DNA of 64,000 nt, taken from contig JAZORY010000056.1 of the NCBI GenBank assembly GCA_045656825.1, positions 34,424 to 98,423 of the forward strand, given 5' to 3'. Made by a program: the position numbers and the translations under genes. The DNA comes from Candidatus Avispirillum sp. (GTDB lineage: Bacteria; Bacillota; Clostridia; Oscillospirales; CAG-272). Under the pieces are notes generated by a model. It made no database searches. It saw only the letters and a list, made by a program, of their open reading frames with translations, and had not been told where the DNA came from. Shown piece after piece: positions 1-8,676 of the stretch (position 1 is its first letter; every line of letters begins with the position of its first letter).

Positions 1-1
1 T

Positions 2-637
2 CCCTTTAATCGCGGATTTTATCAGCTTACAATTAAGCTTTATATCCGCATTATCTGCGAAGCTTGTGTTTCTCCCGGAAGCGTCAGAGAATTTGAAGGA
101 ATCAGCGTTGTTGAGAAGAAGGTTATTCTTTTTGGCAGCGAAGGAAACGTCAGCGTTTTCAAAAGCACAACGGGATGCTCAGGATTTTGCCCATCTCATC
201 ACGGCTCAAGCGGATGCTCGAGATCAACAAATCTCCCTATTGCCGTTCTGGAAACCGTTGAGCCTATAATTCTCGACTCTGACGTTGTTGAGCCTCACAG
301 ATGCAGATGCTGCTGCAGCTGCTGCGATGATATTCCGGAAAGCGTTTGCCAATGTCTCAGCGACAGACTTTGCGACGGAGAGGGCGACAAGCTTGTTGTT
401 ACTCTTGGTCTCTTCTCTGTTATCAGAATTGAGCGTCCCGCGCAATATCTTATTAACGCTGTTGAATACTGTGTTCCTGAAAAGGAATGTATTGAAGCAA
501 AGGAAAATGATCCTTGCAAGCTTTTCCACAGCATGAAATTCCCCGTTTCCGAATTTTGTCCTCCTGCAATCAGCTCTGTTTCAAAGCATAATCCGACAAA
601 CAGCGGTAGCGGTGGCTGCGGCTGTGGCTGCGGATAA
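2..637 (+). CDS. Cys-rich protein of unknown family, C-terminal 211 codons (5' end lies left of the window)
   Basis: Frame 2 is open from nt 2 to TAA 635-637, with no stop in 211 codons. It is absent from the ORF track because no start lies in the window. It has 21 Cys by my count, including CSGFCPSHHGSSGC, HRCRCCCSCCDD and a C-terminal GGCGCGCG. A strong hairpin terminator starts 6 nt after the stop. The overlapping minus-strand ORFs 224..529 and 295..654 look like shadow ORFs. Confidence 0.6.
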   Translation, partial: PFNRGFYQLTIKLYIRIICEACVSPGSVREFEGISVVEKKVILFGSEGNVSVFKSTTGCSGFCPSHHGSSGCSRSTNLPIAVLETVEPIILDSDVVEPHRCRCCCSCCDDIPESVCQCLSDRLCDGEGDKLVVTLGLFSVIRIERPAQYLINAVEYCVPEKECIEAKENDPCKLFHSMKFPVSEFCPPAISSVSKHNPTNSGSGGCGCGCG

Positions 638-642
638 ACAGC

Positions 643-679
643 AAAAAACGGCATATCTCATTTGAGATATGCCGTTTTT
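643..679. terminator. Rho-independent terminator, bidirectional (A-run / 12-bp stem / T-run)
   Basis: The sequence is aaaaaaCGGCATATCTCAttTGAGATATGCCGttttt. It lies between the convergent genes 2..637 (+) and 742..2994 (-). Confidence 0.8.
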
Positions 680-741
680 ATTGTGTTATTGAATCACAAA
701 TGCATTTACTGCATATAAATAAGTTTTGTTACTATGTATGA

Positions 742-2994
742 TTACTTAACAACAACGTCAACGCCGTCAGCAACAATAACCTGATTAGCGCCTTCAACAC
801 CATAGAAATCGTCTGTGATCACAACGTTTTCGAAAACGCCACCATTAATTGTGATCTGATGCTTATCCAAAAATTCAGGTGCAATAGCGTTGGGAGGCTG
901 AGTGCCCCACTGATTCCAAATAGCTGCCTCGTCATCTGTTGCAGTAAAAGTGCCACCGTTAATCGTAATCGTAGTCTTTCCACCAAGTCTCTCGGGGAAG
1001 TTGCGGATCAGATTTCTGTCAAATGAGAAAGTACCGCCATTGATCGTAAGTGTGGGAGAGCAATTTCTGGTATTTGCTGCATTGTTCTCAATAATAGTGG
1101 GAACAATGTAACCGCCCGAATAGCTTGTGCCGGACATAACCTCAAACTTACCTGAATTAATCACAGTTACACCCTGATTAAGAATAATAGTGCTGCTATA
1201 AGAAGTGGTCTTATTGGGAGCCATATAAAACTCGCCGTCTCCATCGATTACAAGCTCAGCACCATTCTCAACCTTAATAACAGCAGTTGTTGCCTTAACT
1301 CCATCAACCTGGTTACCCAGAGTTGCATCGATCTTATGGCCTGCCATATCAAGAGTTACGCTTTTGCCTGCAGGAACAGTAACAAAAATTTCATCGGATA
1401 CAACAGCAACATCATCCGTCAAAACGATTTTACCGCCCTGAACCATAGCAGCTGCAAGCTCTTCAGCATTTTTTACACCTACGGAAGCAAGAACGTTATC
1501 CTCAATAGTTACGTTATTACCGTTAGTTACCTTGATATAATCAGCATCCTTGCCCATATATGCATTGAGAGTGTTGTTCTTGATAACAACAACAGCATCT
1601 CCCGCATTTGCCATTCTTACAAAACGATCGCCAAGTCCGTTAGCAACGTTTCCTGTAATAGTTACGTTACCGCTATAAGTACCTTCGTTAGTTGTGAGAA
1701 GCATACCATGCAGAGCTGTATTATTAATAACGTTATCTGTGATAGTAACATTTTCTGTCTGACGAAGCTCGCAAAGTCTAGCAATACCGTCAACAGTATT
1801 ACCTGTAAGAGTGATATTCTTCGCGATATTATCAAATGCAACCTTACCGCTGCTATAAATATATACAAGATTCATCTTGTCGTTATCGCCAATCAGCTTA
1901 CAATTCTTAACTGTGAGACCATCTACGTTGATATAAGAAAGATCAAAGAACACAGGAGCTGCATAGCTATGAGGAGCATTTGTATAAGTGTCGTTGAATT
2001 CAACGGAATCAATTACAAGATTATTAATATCAACAACGTAACCGGTGCTGCCTTCGATATGTCCTGATACTACTTCAAATGCATCAACAACGGCACCGGG
2101 AGCACCAACGATTGTAATGTCTTCAACCTTGCGGAGCATCTCATTTCTATAAACAAGATAATCGCAATCTGTGATTGTGTTTGAATTGCCTGTTACGGGA
2201 CGGATATACAGAGTTCCGTAGTTTACGTTGGGCGCAAGCTTGATTGTTGTGCCCTTTTCTGCATTGTCAAGTGCATCCTGAGCTTCTGCAGCCGTTGTTA
2301 CGATAACAGCGTTCTTATCGTACTGGTTATTGAAGCTGTCAGCTTCAGAGGTCTGCTGTGTTGCAAAGAGATCAACGCCAAGCTTGATTGTGGGAATCGC
2401 GGCATCATCCTTATGGTTTGCATCGTTACCAACTGTTGTGGGCATATATACAACCATTGTTATGATCTTTTCGTCGCTGTCTGTGTCGTTCTTTGCATCA
2501 AGAGCTGTAACGTTGGTATTATAAGCAGTATTCAGAGCTGTTGCATTTGCATCAACAGCCGCAATTGCTGTTTCGCGAGTGTAGTCCGCCTCGCCGTCTA
2601 CAATACCGAACTTGATAAACTCAGAGAGCTTGAAATCCTTACCGTTCATATTAACGGATCCAACCTCTTCTGCAACGTTTACACCAAGAGTATACTTAAG
2701 CGCAAGTGAGCCTTCGTTCACAACCTTAAGCTTTACAACCTCAGTGTAGCCGGGTTCCCAAAGCGCATTTTCCTTAAATACGTTTGTTGTTTCGGTTACC
2801 TTTGTCCATTCGCTCTGGCCTTCTGCCTGATAGTACAGCTCAACGTCAAGATTGCCGGACTTGATAACGTTGTTTGCACTTGTTACAGAGTCTGTAAACC
2901 AAGCAAAAGTAGAACCAACGAGCATTGAAATGCTGAGCACAAGTGAAAGTGCGCTCATGAGCAACGCTCTTTTAGTAATTCTTGTCTTTGTCAT
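742..2994 (-). CDS. Secreted protein with a TasA/camelysin-type N-terminal region (SipW-dependent-type signal peptide) fused to a parallel beta-helix repeat region
   Basis: 750-aa ORF. The N-terminus MTKTRITKRALLMSALSLVLSISMLVGSTFAWFTDSVTS carries the AWFTD-type SipW-cognate signal motif. It is followed by a TasA-like segment (NVIKSGNLDVELY...PGYTEVVKLKVVNEGSLALKY). The C-terminal two-thirds has repeated N-rich turns (ITLTGNTVDG, VTITDNVINN, VTITGNVANG, VTIEDNVL) typical of right-handed beta-helix proteins. Confidence 0.7.
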   Translation of the reverse strand: MTKTRITKRALLMSALSLVLSISMLVGSTFAWFTDSVTSANNVIKSGNLDVELYYQAEGQSEWTKVTETTNVFKENALWEPGYTEVVKLKVVNEGSLALKYTLGVNVAEEVGSVNMNGKDFKLSEFIKFGIVDGEADYTRETAIAAVDANATALNTAYNTNVTALDAKNDTDSDEKIITMVVYMPTTVGNDANHKDDAAIPTIKLGVDLFATQQTSEADSFNNQYDKNAVIVTTAAEAQDALDNAEKGTTIKLAPNVNYGTLYIRPVTGNSNTITDCDYLVYRNEMLRKVEDITIVGAPGAVVDAFEVVSGHIEGSTGYVVDINNLVIDSVEFNDTYTNAPHSYAAPVFFDLSYINVDGLTVKNCKLIGDNDKMNLVYIYSSGKVAFDNIAKNITLTGNTVDGIARLCELRQTENVTITDNVINNTALHGMLLTTNEGTYSGNVTITGNVANGLGDRFVRMANAGDAVVVIKNNTLNAYMGKDADYIKVTNGNNVTIEDNVLASVGVKNAEELAAAMVQGGKIVLTDDVAVVSDEIFVTVPAGKSVTLDMAGHKIDATLGNQVDGVKATTAVIKVENGAELVIDGDGEFYMAPNKTTSYSSTIILNQGVTVINSGKFEVMSGTSYSGGYIVPTIIENNAANTRNCSPTLTINGGTFSFDRNLIRNFPERLGGKTTITINGGTFTATDDEAAIWNQWGTQPPNAIAPEFLDKHQITINGGVFENVVITDDFYGVEGANQVIVADGVDVVVK

Positions 2995-3117
2995 TTTACT
3001 TACCTCCTATAAAATTTTCTAAGACAAAATACAAATTATATATATAATGTATACATAGTTATTATCACTCAAAATCCACAATTTGTCAAGTGATTATAGT
3101 TTTACCGTTTCACAAGC

Positions 3118-3148
3118 AAAAAAGTCCTCCTATTCAGGAGGACTTTTT
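3118..3148. terminator. Bidirectional hairpin terminator
   Basis: The sequence is aaaaaaGTCCTCCTattcAGGAGGACttttt. It lies between the chrA pair (-) and the region upstream of the TasA-like gene. Confidence 0.7.
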
Positions 3149-3155
3149 CTATCTT

Positions 3156-3719
3156 TTACAATATGAAATATCCGCTGATTATGCCTACAACAGCTGCTAT
3201 ACAGATTATCAGAATCGGATGCACTTTTTTTAATGCCAATACCAAAGCCACGACAAACAAAGCAGCCGACAGGTATACTTCCGTTTTATTAAACATCTCA
3301 ACGGAAAGGCCTGCAGGGACAAATACTGTTGCCGCAACAGTTAAAATAGCAGAGGATATAAGCCCAACGACAGCAGGCTTAAGCCCTGACATACAGCCTT
3401 TTACAATTTTACTTTGCTTGAATTTTTCAAAACACTTTGCAACTATGAGAATAATCACAAAGGAAGGTAAAACAACTCCTGCCGTTGCACAAACAGATCC
3501 TAAAACTCCGCCCATTTCAGAGCCGATATACGTTGCCATATTAACTGCAAAAGGACCTGGTGTGCTTTCGCTGACTGCGATAAAATCAACTATTGCCTGC
3601 TGCTCCATCCATCCGTGTGCCAAAACCTCAGACTGAATAAGCGGAAGCATAGCATAACCACCGCCAAAGGTTAGTGCTCCAATCTTCAGAAAGGTGAGAA
3701 ACAATTCAAGATATATCAT
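3156..3719 (-). CDS. chrA: Chromate transporter family protein (half-size ChrA, second of a pair)
   Basis: The FGGGYAMLPLIQ motif and a polytopic membrane profile are present. I moved the start to ATG 3719 (MIYLELFLTFLKIGALTFGGG), which overlaps the upstream stop by 1 nt (TGATG). The longer track ORF begins at 3773. Confidence 0.8.
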   Translation of the reverse strand: MIYLELFLTFLKIGALTFGGGYAMLPLIQSEVLAHGWMEQQAIVDFIAVSESTPGPFAVNMATYIGSEMGGVLGSVCATAGVVLPSFVIILIVAKCFEKFKQSKIVKGCMSGLKPAVVGLISSAILTVAATVFVPAGLSVEMFNKTEVYLSAALFVVALVLALKKVHPILIICIAAVVGIISGYFIL

Positions 3720-4264
3720 CACTTCCCTCTCCTTTCCGCTACAAGAGAGGACAAAAGACCAAATATAGCACATCCTATAATTACATAAATAACCTTTACT
3801 CCCACAAATGCAGCAAAAACAAAAGAAAGCGCCATCACTATATATGACACAAGGTTTTTCTTCACCTTTTTATACATAGTCATCAAAGCCTTGATAAGAA
3901 GGGCAAGAACACCTGCGCGAATTCCTCTAAAAGCATATTTAACTGCTTTTATATCGCCGAATCTGCGCAGCACAAATGATATTAAAAGAATGATCACAAA
4001 TGACGGAAGGACCATTCCAAGGGTTGCAAAAAATGCACCCCAGAAGCCTCTCACCTTATATCCCACAAAGGTTGCTGCATTTATGGCGATAGGTCCGGGA
4101 GTTGACTCAGCGATTGCAACAATATCAAGAATATCCTCGTCCTTTATCCACTTTTTATTATCTACAGTTTCTTTCTGTATGAGAGGTATCATTGCATATC
4201 CACCACCAAAGGTGAATGCCCCTATACGAAAGAAAACACTGAATAATTCAAATAAATTTCTCAT
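3719..4264 (-). CDS. chrA: Chromate transporter family protein (half-size ChrA, first of a pair)
   Basis: The FGGGYAMIPLIQKE motif is present in a 181-aa membrane protein. It is translationally coupled to its downstream paralog. Confidence 0.8.
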   Translation of the reverse strand: MRNLFELFSVFFRIGAFTFGGGYAMIPLIQKETVDNKKWIKDEDILDIVAIAESTPGPIAINAATFVGYKVRGFWGAFFATLGMVLPSFVIILLISFVLRRFGDIKAVKYAFRGIRAGVLALLIKALMTMYKKVKKNLVSYIVMALSFVFAAFVGVKVIYVIIGCAIFGLLSSLVAERRGK

Positions 4265-4273
4265 ATATCCCCT

Positions 4274-4603
4274 TTACACAAAAACAAACTGAACAAGTGC
4301 CATATAACAGATAGTTCCTCCCACAATGGAAACAAGCATCTGGCGCCACTTGAGATGGAGTAATATAACGACAATTATTGCCAATAGCTCGGGAAGTCCG
4401 TGAGCTCCTGACAACACCTGAACGTTCTTTAGGCAATATACAACAAGCATGGCAAAAACCGCAGGCGGCAAGGCTTTACCAAGATACTGAACGTATTTCG
4501 GAACCTTTCGCCCACCCGGAAATATCCAGAATGCTGCAAATCTTGTAAATATAGTTCCAAGAGATATGACAGCAACTGTTACCAGCATTTCAATTATACT
4601 CAT
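4274..4603 (-). CDS. azlD: AzlD-like branched-chain amino acid transport protein
   Basis: 109-aa hydrophobic protein lying immediately downstream of the azlC-like gene, with a 4-nt overlap. Confidence 0.7.
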   Translation of the reverse strand: MSIIEMLVTVAVISLGTIFTRFAAFWIFPGGRKVPKYVQYLGKALPPAVFAMLVVYCLKNVQVLSGAHGLPELLAIIVVILLHLKWRQMLVSIVGGTICYMALVQFVFV

Positions 4604-5304
4604 TTCTCTGCCTCCTTATCTTCTATCTGCTTTCTAAGAAGCGTAAGAGCGGCAAGAATTGCCAGCATAGCAGGAATAATAAAACTATCTGCCCCGAATA
4701 TTACAAGGGATAATACAGAAATGATCAGCCCCACAGCGGATAGGATATGATTCTTTTCTTTTAGTATCTGTTCAAGAAAAATAACCACAAACATTGCTGT
4801 CATTACAAAATCAAGTCCCTCTGTGTTGAAGCTGATAAATGAGCCGAAAACTGCTCCAACAACTGTTCCTGCAATCCAATACATCTGGTCAAGCAGGGTT
4901 ACAAAAAACATAAACCAGCCCTTATCCACTCCATAGGGAATATCAACTGAGCAGTTTATTGAAAAGCTTTCATCGCACATTCCAAATATGAGATAAGGCT
5001 TTTTTGCACCCGTATTCTCATATTTATCAAGCATTGAAATCCCGTAAAAAATATGACGGGCATTTATCATAAGCGTCATCATAAATGCCGCTATGGGATT
5101 AAAGGATGACAGCAGAATATTAACGGAAACAAATTGCATTGAGCCCGCAAATACAACTACACTCATTAAAACGGAAATCCATATGGGAAAGCCTGAAACC
5201 TTCATTAAAATTCCATACGTCATTCCAAGAAAGAGGAATCCCGCTAGGATGGGAATAGTATGTGGAAAAGCACTTTTCAGCGCCATTAGCTTTTTATTCT
5301 TCAT
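4600..5304 (-). CDS. azlC: AzlC family branched-chain amino acid permease subunit
   Basis: 234-aa ORF. The N-terminus LKSAFPHTIPILAGFLFLGMTYGILM and overall layout are typical of AzlC. Confidence 0.8.
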   Translation of the reverse strand: MKNKKLMALKSAFPHTIPILAGFLFLGMTYGILMKVSGFPIWISVLMSVVVFAGSMQFVSVNILLSSFNPIAAFMMTLMINARHIFYGISMLDKYENTGAKKPYLIFGMCDESFSINCSVDIPYGVDKGWFMFFVTLLDQMYWIAGTVVGAVFGSFISFNTEGLDFVMTAMFVVIFLEQILKEKNHILSAVGLIISVLSLVIFGADSFIIPAMLAILAALTLLRKQIEDKEAEK

Positions 5305-5395
5305 TTTGATTCACCTATACAATAACATGAAACCATTTTATTACCCTGCAGATTATTTGTCAAGCAAATGATTTAGTAATAATACGTTTTTGCTC

Positions 5396-5424
5396 TTGAA
5401 AAAGACTGATTACTATGCTATAAT
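5396..5424 (+). promoter_or_regulatory. Sigma-A-type promoter for the DtxR/MntR-like gene
   Basis: TTGAAA (5396-5401), 17-nt spacer, extended -10 TGcTATAAT (5416-5424). Its position argues against the longer ORF start at 5390. Confidence 0.5.
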
Positions 5425-5455
5425 AAGCCAACTATCATTAAGGAGGCGAGCATAT

Positions 5456-5824
5456 ATGCACCTGCAGGAATCGGGCGAAATGTATCTTGAAACCATATAC
5501 GTGCTTTCTAAAAAGCTGAATACCGTGCGCTCAGTTGACGTAGGCGAATATATGGGATATTCCAAGCCCAGCGTTAGCCGCGCTATCGGGCTTCTCAAAA
5601 ACGGCGGATACGTTGTTTCAGACGAGGAAGGCCATTTGCATCTTACAGAGCTTGGGCTTGAAATTGCTTCTAAAATCAACGAGAGACATCGCGTTATAAC
5701 AGAGCTATTGCTCCGCATCGGTGTTGACCAAAAAACAGCCGAGGAGGATGCTTGCAAAATGGAGCATTCTATCAGCGACACCTCCTTTGAGGCATTGAAA
5801 AAATATTTATATATTAAATCATAA
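5456..5824 (+). CDS. DtxR/MntR family metal-dependent transcriptional repressor
   Basis: MHLQESGEMYLETIYVL...SKPSVSRAIGLLKNGGYV is a DtxR-type wHTH followed by a dimerisation helix region. An AAGGAGG RBS lies 8 nt upstream of ATG 5456. Confidence 0.85.
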   Translation: MHLQESGEMYLETIYVLSKKLNTVRSVDVGEYMGYSKPSVSRAIGLLKNGGYVVSDEEGHLHLTELGLEIASKINERHRVITELLLRIGVDQKTAEEDACKMEHSISDTSFEALKKYLYIKS

Positions 5825-5904
5825 TCTCTACCGAAGAAATATTCTTTCTGCTAATAGCTAAAGCCTTTTAATACCACCAGCAGCACCGGTGGTTTAACTT
5901 TATG

Positions 5905-5946
5905 AAAAAAGCTCCTGCGCCTACGATGCAGGAGCTTTAATTATTT
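5905..5946 (+). terminator. Hairpin terminator after the DtxR-like gene
   Basis: The sequence is aaaaaAGCTCCTGCgcctacgatGCAGGAGCTttaattattt. A weaker hairpin, ACCACC...GGTGGT, lies at 5873-5893. Confidence 0.6.
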
Positions 5947-6045
5947 AAACTTAAATTCAACAATAATATTCTTAGCTGTATGAACGATAAAGGGTTAAAG
6001 ATTTTAGTTAAAATCTCATTTGTAATATAAATAATCTCTCAACTA

Positions 6046-6096
6046 TTGACAAATACTGTCTAATGCATTAGACTATAATTGACTAATACGTTAGAC
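6046..6096 (+). promoter_or_regulatory. Promoter overlapped by BlaI-type operator dyads
   Basis: TTGACA (6046-6051), 17-nt spacer, TAGACT (6069-6074). A perfect 16-bp palindrome GTCTAATGCATTAGAC (6058-6073) covers the spacer and -10. A related imperfect dyad GACTAATACGTTAGAC (6081-6096) sits just upstream of the AGGAGGG RBS. Confidence 0.6.
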
Positions 6097-6113
6097 AAAA
6101 AGGAGGGAGATAT

Positions 6114-6470
6114 ATGACAACGCCAAAGATATTTGAAAGTGAATATCGTTTTTGCATCATTCTTTGGGAAAACGAACCTATTTCCAGCGCCAACCTTGCA
6201 AAGCTCTGCAAAGAAAAGCTGGATTGGTCCAGAACAACAACATATACTGTTATAAAACGCCTCGTAGAACGCGGAGTTTTAAAAAATGATAATTCCGTTA
6301 TAACATCGCTTGTTTCTAAGGACGAAATACAGGCATCCGAAATAGACGAACTTGTTGAAAAGAAATTTGAGGGTTCTCTTCCTGCCTTTATTTCTGCATT
6401 TACAAAGCACGTAAAGCTTTCTGAAAAAGAAATTGACGAGCTTAAAAAAATGATAGAAAGGAGCAATTAA
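6114..6470 (+). CDS. BlaI/MecI/CopY family transcriptional repressor
   Basis: 118-aa winged-helix protein (ISSANLAKLCKEKLDWSRTTTYTVIKRLVERGVL). It lies directly upstream of an M56 peptidase gene. Confidence 0.9.
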   Translation: MTTPKIFESEYRFCIILWENEPISSANLAKLCKEKLDWSRTTTYTVIKRLVERGVLKNDNSVITSLVSKDEIQASEIDELVEKKFEGSLPAFISAFTKHVKLSEKEIDELKKMIERSN

Positions 6471-6471
6471 T

Positions 6472-8652
6472 ATGACAGATGCTTTCTTAACAGTTTTTAA
6501 TTTAAGTATAACTGCAAGCTGGATGGTTATTGCTGTGCTGCTTTGCAGAAGCATATTCAAAAAAGCTCCCAAAAATCTATTTTGCATTCTATGGCTTTTG
6601 GTTGGATTGCGTCTTGCGATTCCCTTTTCTATTGAAAGTATTTTCAGCCTTGTTCCCAGCGCTGAAACAATTCCGCCTGAAATCATCCATCAGGATTTCC
6701 CCCAGATACAAACCGGATTTGATCCCGTTAATGACGTAATAAATCCTATACTCAGCGAAACTTTTGCTCCTGTTCCTAATTATAGTAGTGTAAATCGTTT
6801 TCAAGTGTTTATAGAAACCGTATCAAATATGTGGATCCTTGGAATAGCCGTCGTTATCCTCTACGGCATTATCAGTTATACTGTTGTGCGATTTAAAGTG
6901 CGTGATTCGGTTCCCGCGGGAGACAATATAAGACAGAGCGAAAAAATCAGCACCCCATTCATCTTGGGATTTATCAAGCCTAAGATTTATATTCCTTTCA
7001 AAATGGATGAGAATAATCTCCAATACATACTTGCTCACGAAAGAGCCCACATTAAACGATGCGATCATCTTATCAAGCCTATTGGATTTGCTTTGCTGGC
7101 AGTTTATTGGTTCAATCCTGTGATTTGGATCGCCTACATATTCCTCTGCCGTGATATAGAACTTGCCTGCGATGAAAAAGTTGTCCGTGTTTTAACCGCA
7201 AATGAAAAAGCGCGATATGCTTCAGTGCTTCTTGATTGTAGCATAAATCGAAGATATATTGCAGCGTGTCCCCTCGCATTTGGCGAGGTTGGCGTTAAAG
7301 AACGTATCAAAAACGCTCTCAATTATAAAAAGCCGGTTCTCTGGATAATCATAGCTGCTGTTGCTTCTGCAATTATCATCACAGTTTGCTTTATGACAAA
7401 TCCTAAAAACGAGGACATTCCCACACCGGATAATGAAACCGTGGAGAGTACAGAGAGCACAAAAGAAACCATCTCTGAATTTTCTGTAGATTGGGATATC
7501 AAAAAAATAGGATATGCACCTTATCTGGCAAAATATATGTGTGGAGATGAAGATGGCAACGGATGCATAAAAATAACCAATATTGGTGAATTGGAAGAAT
7601 TTCTTTCACATCTTGGCACCAATCCTCTAAATGATATCACCGACCCTATTGAAAATGTTTATTTCGAAAATAATCTTCTTTTAGCTGTTTACTACACATC
7701 AGGGAGTGGTAGCTATCGCTGCAGTATTGAAGAAGTAGACATCAACAGAAAAGATAAGTCCATTATGGTTTCTTCCATACTATTAATGCCCGAAGTGTTC
7801 ACAGATGATATGTCCGGCTGGCTTGGATTTATAGAGATCAAAAACATTTACGGAACTGATGTAGCCGACTATTCATGTGATACAAAACTATCTCAACAAC
7901 AATACTCTGCTCCAACTCTGAAAAAACACAGCATAGAAAAAACTGATAATTGGAAAACAGATGGACTGAAAAACGCAGGGCTTGACGGTGTGGAAATAAA
8001 TTATATCAGCGATATTTCTCAGGGTTCATTGTATTTGCTTGAAGAAAAAGATCCGTTCTATGTTAATAGCAAACATTTTTTCTTAGCTGTTGAAAAAGAC
8101 GATCAAGTTTTGCTTGCAGAAGTATCCCTCGGGCTTTCCTGTGAATATATAAATTGCTGCGATGTAGATGGTGAGCCGGGTGATGAAATTCTTGTTATGA
8201 TCGATAATGGAGGAAACGGCGGCGCAGGCTCTCATAGTACATATGTTTATAAGGTTTGCAATGGGAATATCTCTACCATATACTACTCAGACTATTTTAA
8301 CAACATTCATGGTTTTTCAGCCAAATTAATCGAGCCATTTAATGTTGAAGTGAAAAATAGTTATACCGGATACACTTCTACTATAGAAGCACAAAACGAA
8401 TTCAGAAACCATTTCGATGAGCAGGGGAAACCTATAGTTGACTTTCCTCTCTCTATTGACTGCATTTATAGCATACGACCCGAAGATATAGATAACGACA
8501 GTGTATACGAATTGGTTTGCCGCCGTTATTCAAGCTTAGGTGCCCACGTTGATTATTTTGGAGATGCTGTTACCACATTGAAATACGACAAATCAAGCAA
8601 CAGTTTCAAAATAATAGACGCGGAGTTTATTCCATATAGAAGAGAAGAATGA
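6472..8652 (+). CDS. BlaR1/MecR1-like M56 peptidase signal transducer with a non-PBP C-terminal domain
   Basis: N-terminal TM helices are followed by the HEXXH zinc site LAHERAHIKRCDH. The start lies 1 nt after the blaI-like stop. The roughly 400-aa extracytoplasmic C-terminus shows no recognisable penicillin-binding fold by eye. It contains a VCBS/FG-GAP-like CDVDGEPGDEILVMIDNGGNGGAG segment. Confidence 0.85.
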   Translation: MTDAFLTVFNLSITASWMVIAVLLCRSIFKKAPKNLFCILWLLVGLRLAIPFSIESIFSLVPSAETIPPEIIHQDFPQIQTGFDPVNDVINPILSETFAPVPNYSSVNRFQVFIETVSNMWILGIAVVILYGIISYTVVRFKVRDSVPAGDNIRQSEKISTPFILGFIKPKIYIPFKMDENNLQYILAHERAHIKRCDHLIKPIGFALLAVYWFNPVIWIAYIFLCRDIELACDEKVVRVLTANEKARYASVLLDCSINRRYIAACPLAFGEVGVKERIKNALNYKKPVLWIIIAAVASAIIITVCFMTNPKNEDIPTPDNETVESTESTKETISEFSVDWDIKKIGYAPYLAKYMCGDEDGNGCIKITNIGELEEFLSHLGTNPLNDITDPIENVYFENNLLLAVYYTSGSGSYRCSIEEVDINRKDKSIMVSSILLMPEVFTDDMSGWLGFIEIKNIYGTDVADYSCDTKLSQQQYSAPTLKKHSIEKTDNWKTDGLKNAGLDGVEINYISDISQGSLYLLEEKDPFYVNSKHFFLAVEKDDQVLLAEVSLGLSCEYINCCDVDGEPGDEILVMIDNGGNGGAGSHSTYVYKVCNGNISTIYYSDYFNNIHGFSAKLIEPFNVEVKNSYTGYTSTIEAQNEFRNHFDEQGKPIVDFPLSIDCIYSIRPEDIDNDSVYELVCRRYSSLGAHVDYFGDAVTTLKYDKSSNSFKIIDAEFIPYRREE

Positions 8653-8676
8653 AAGGTTACAGCAGATTTCTATGAG

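Noticed and set aside
224-654. Two minus-strand ORFs (101 and 119 aa) at the left edge
   Set aside because: Both overlap the 211-codon open plus-strand frame, which is terminated by a proper stop and terminator. ORF 295..654 would start inside the terminator hairpin. Their products (poly-Ala, PQPQPQ) mirror the Cys-codon repeats on the other strand.
1336-2067. 243-aa plus-strand ORF inside the TasA-type/beta-helix gene
   Set aside because: It is antisense to a 750-aa ORF that has a clear signal peptide and repeat structure. Its own product is Cys/Ile/Asn-rich nonsense.
5901-5939. 11-codon ORF (MKKAPAPTMQEL) after the DtxR-like gene
   Set aside because: It is formed entirely by the two arms of the terminator hairpin, and it has no RBS.
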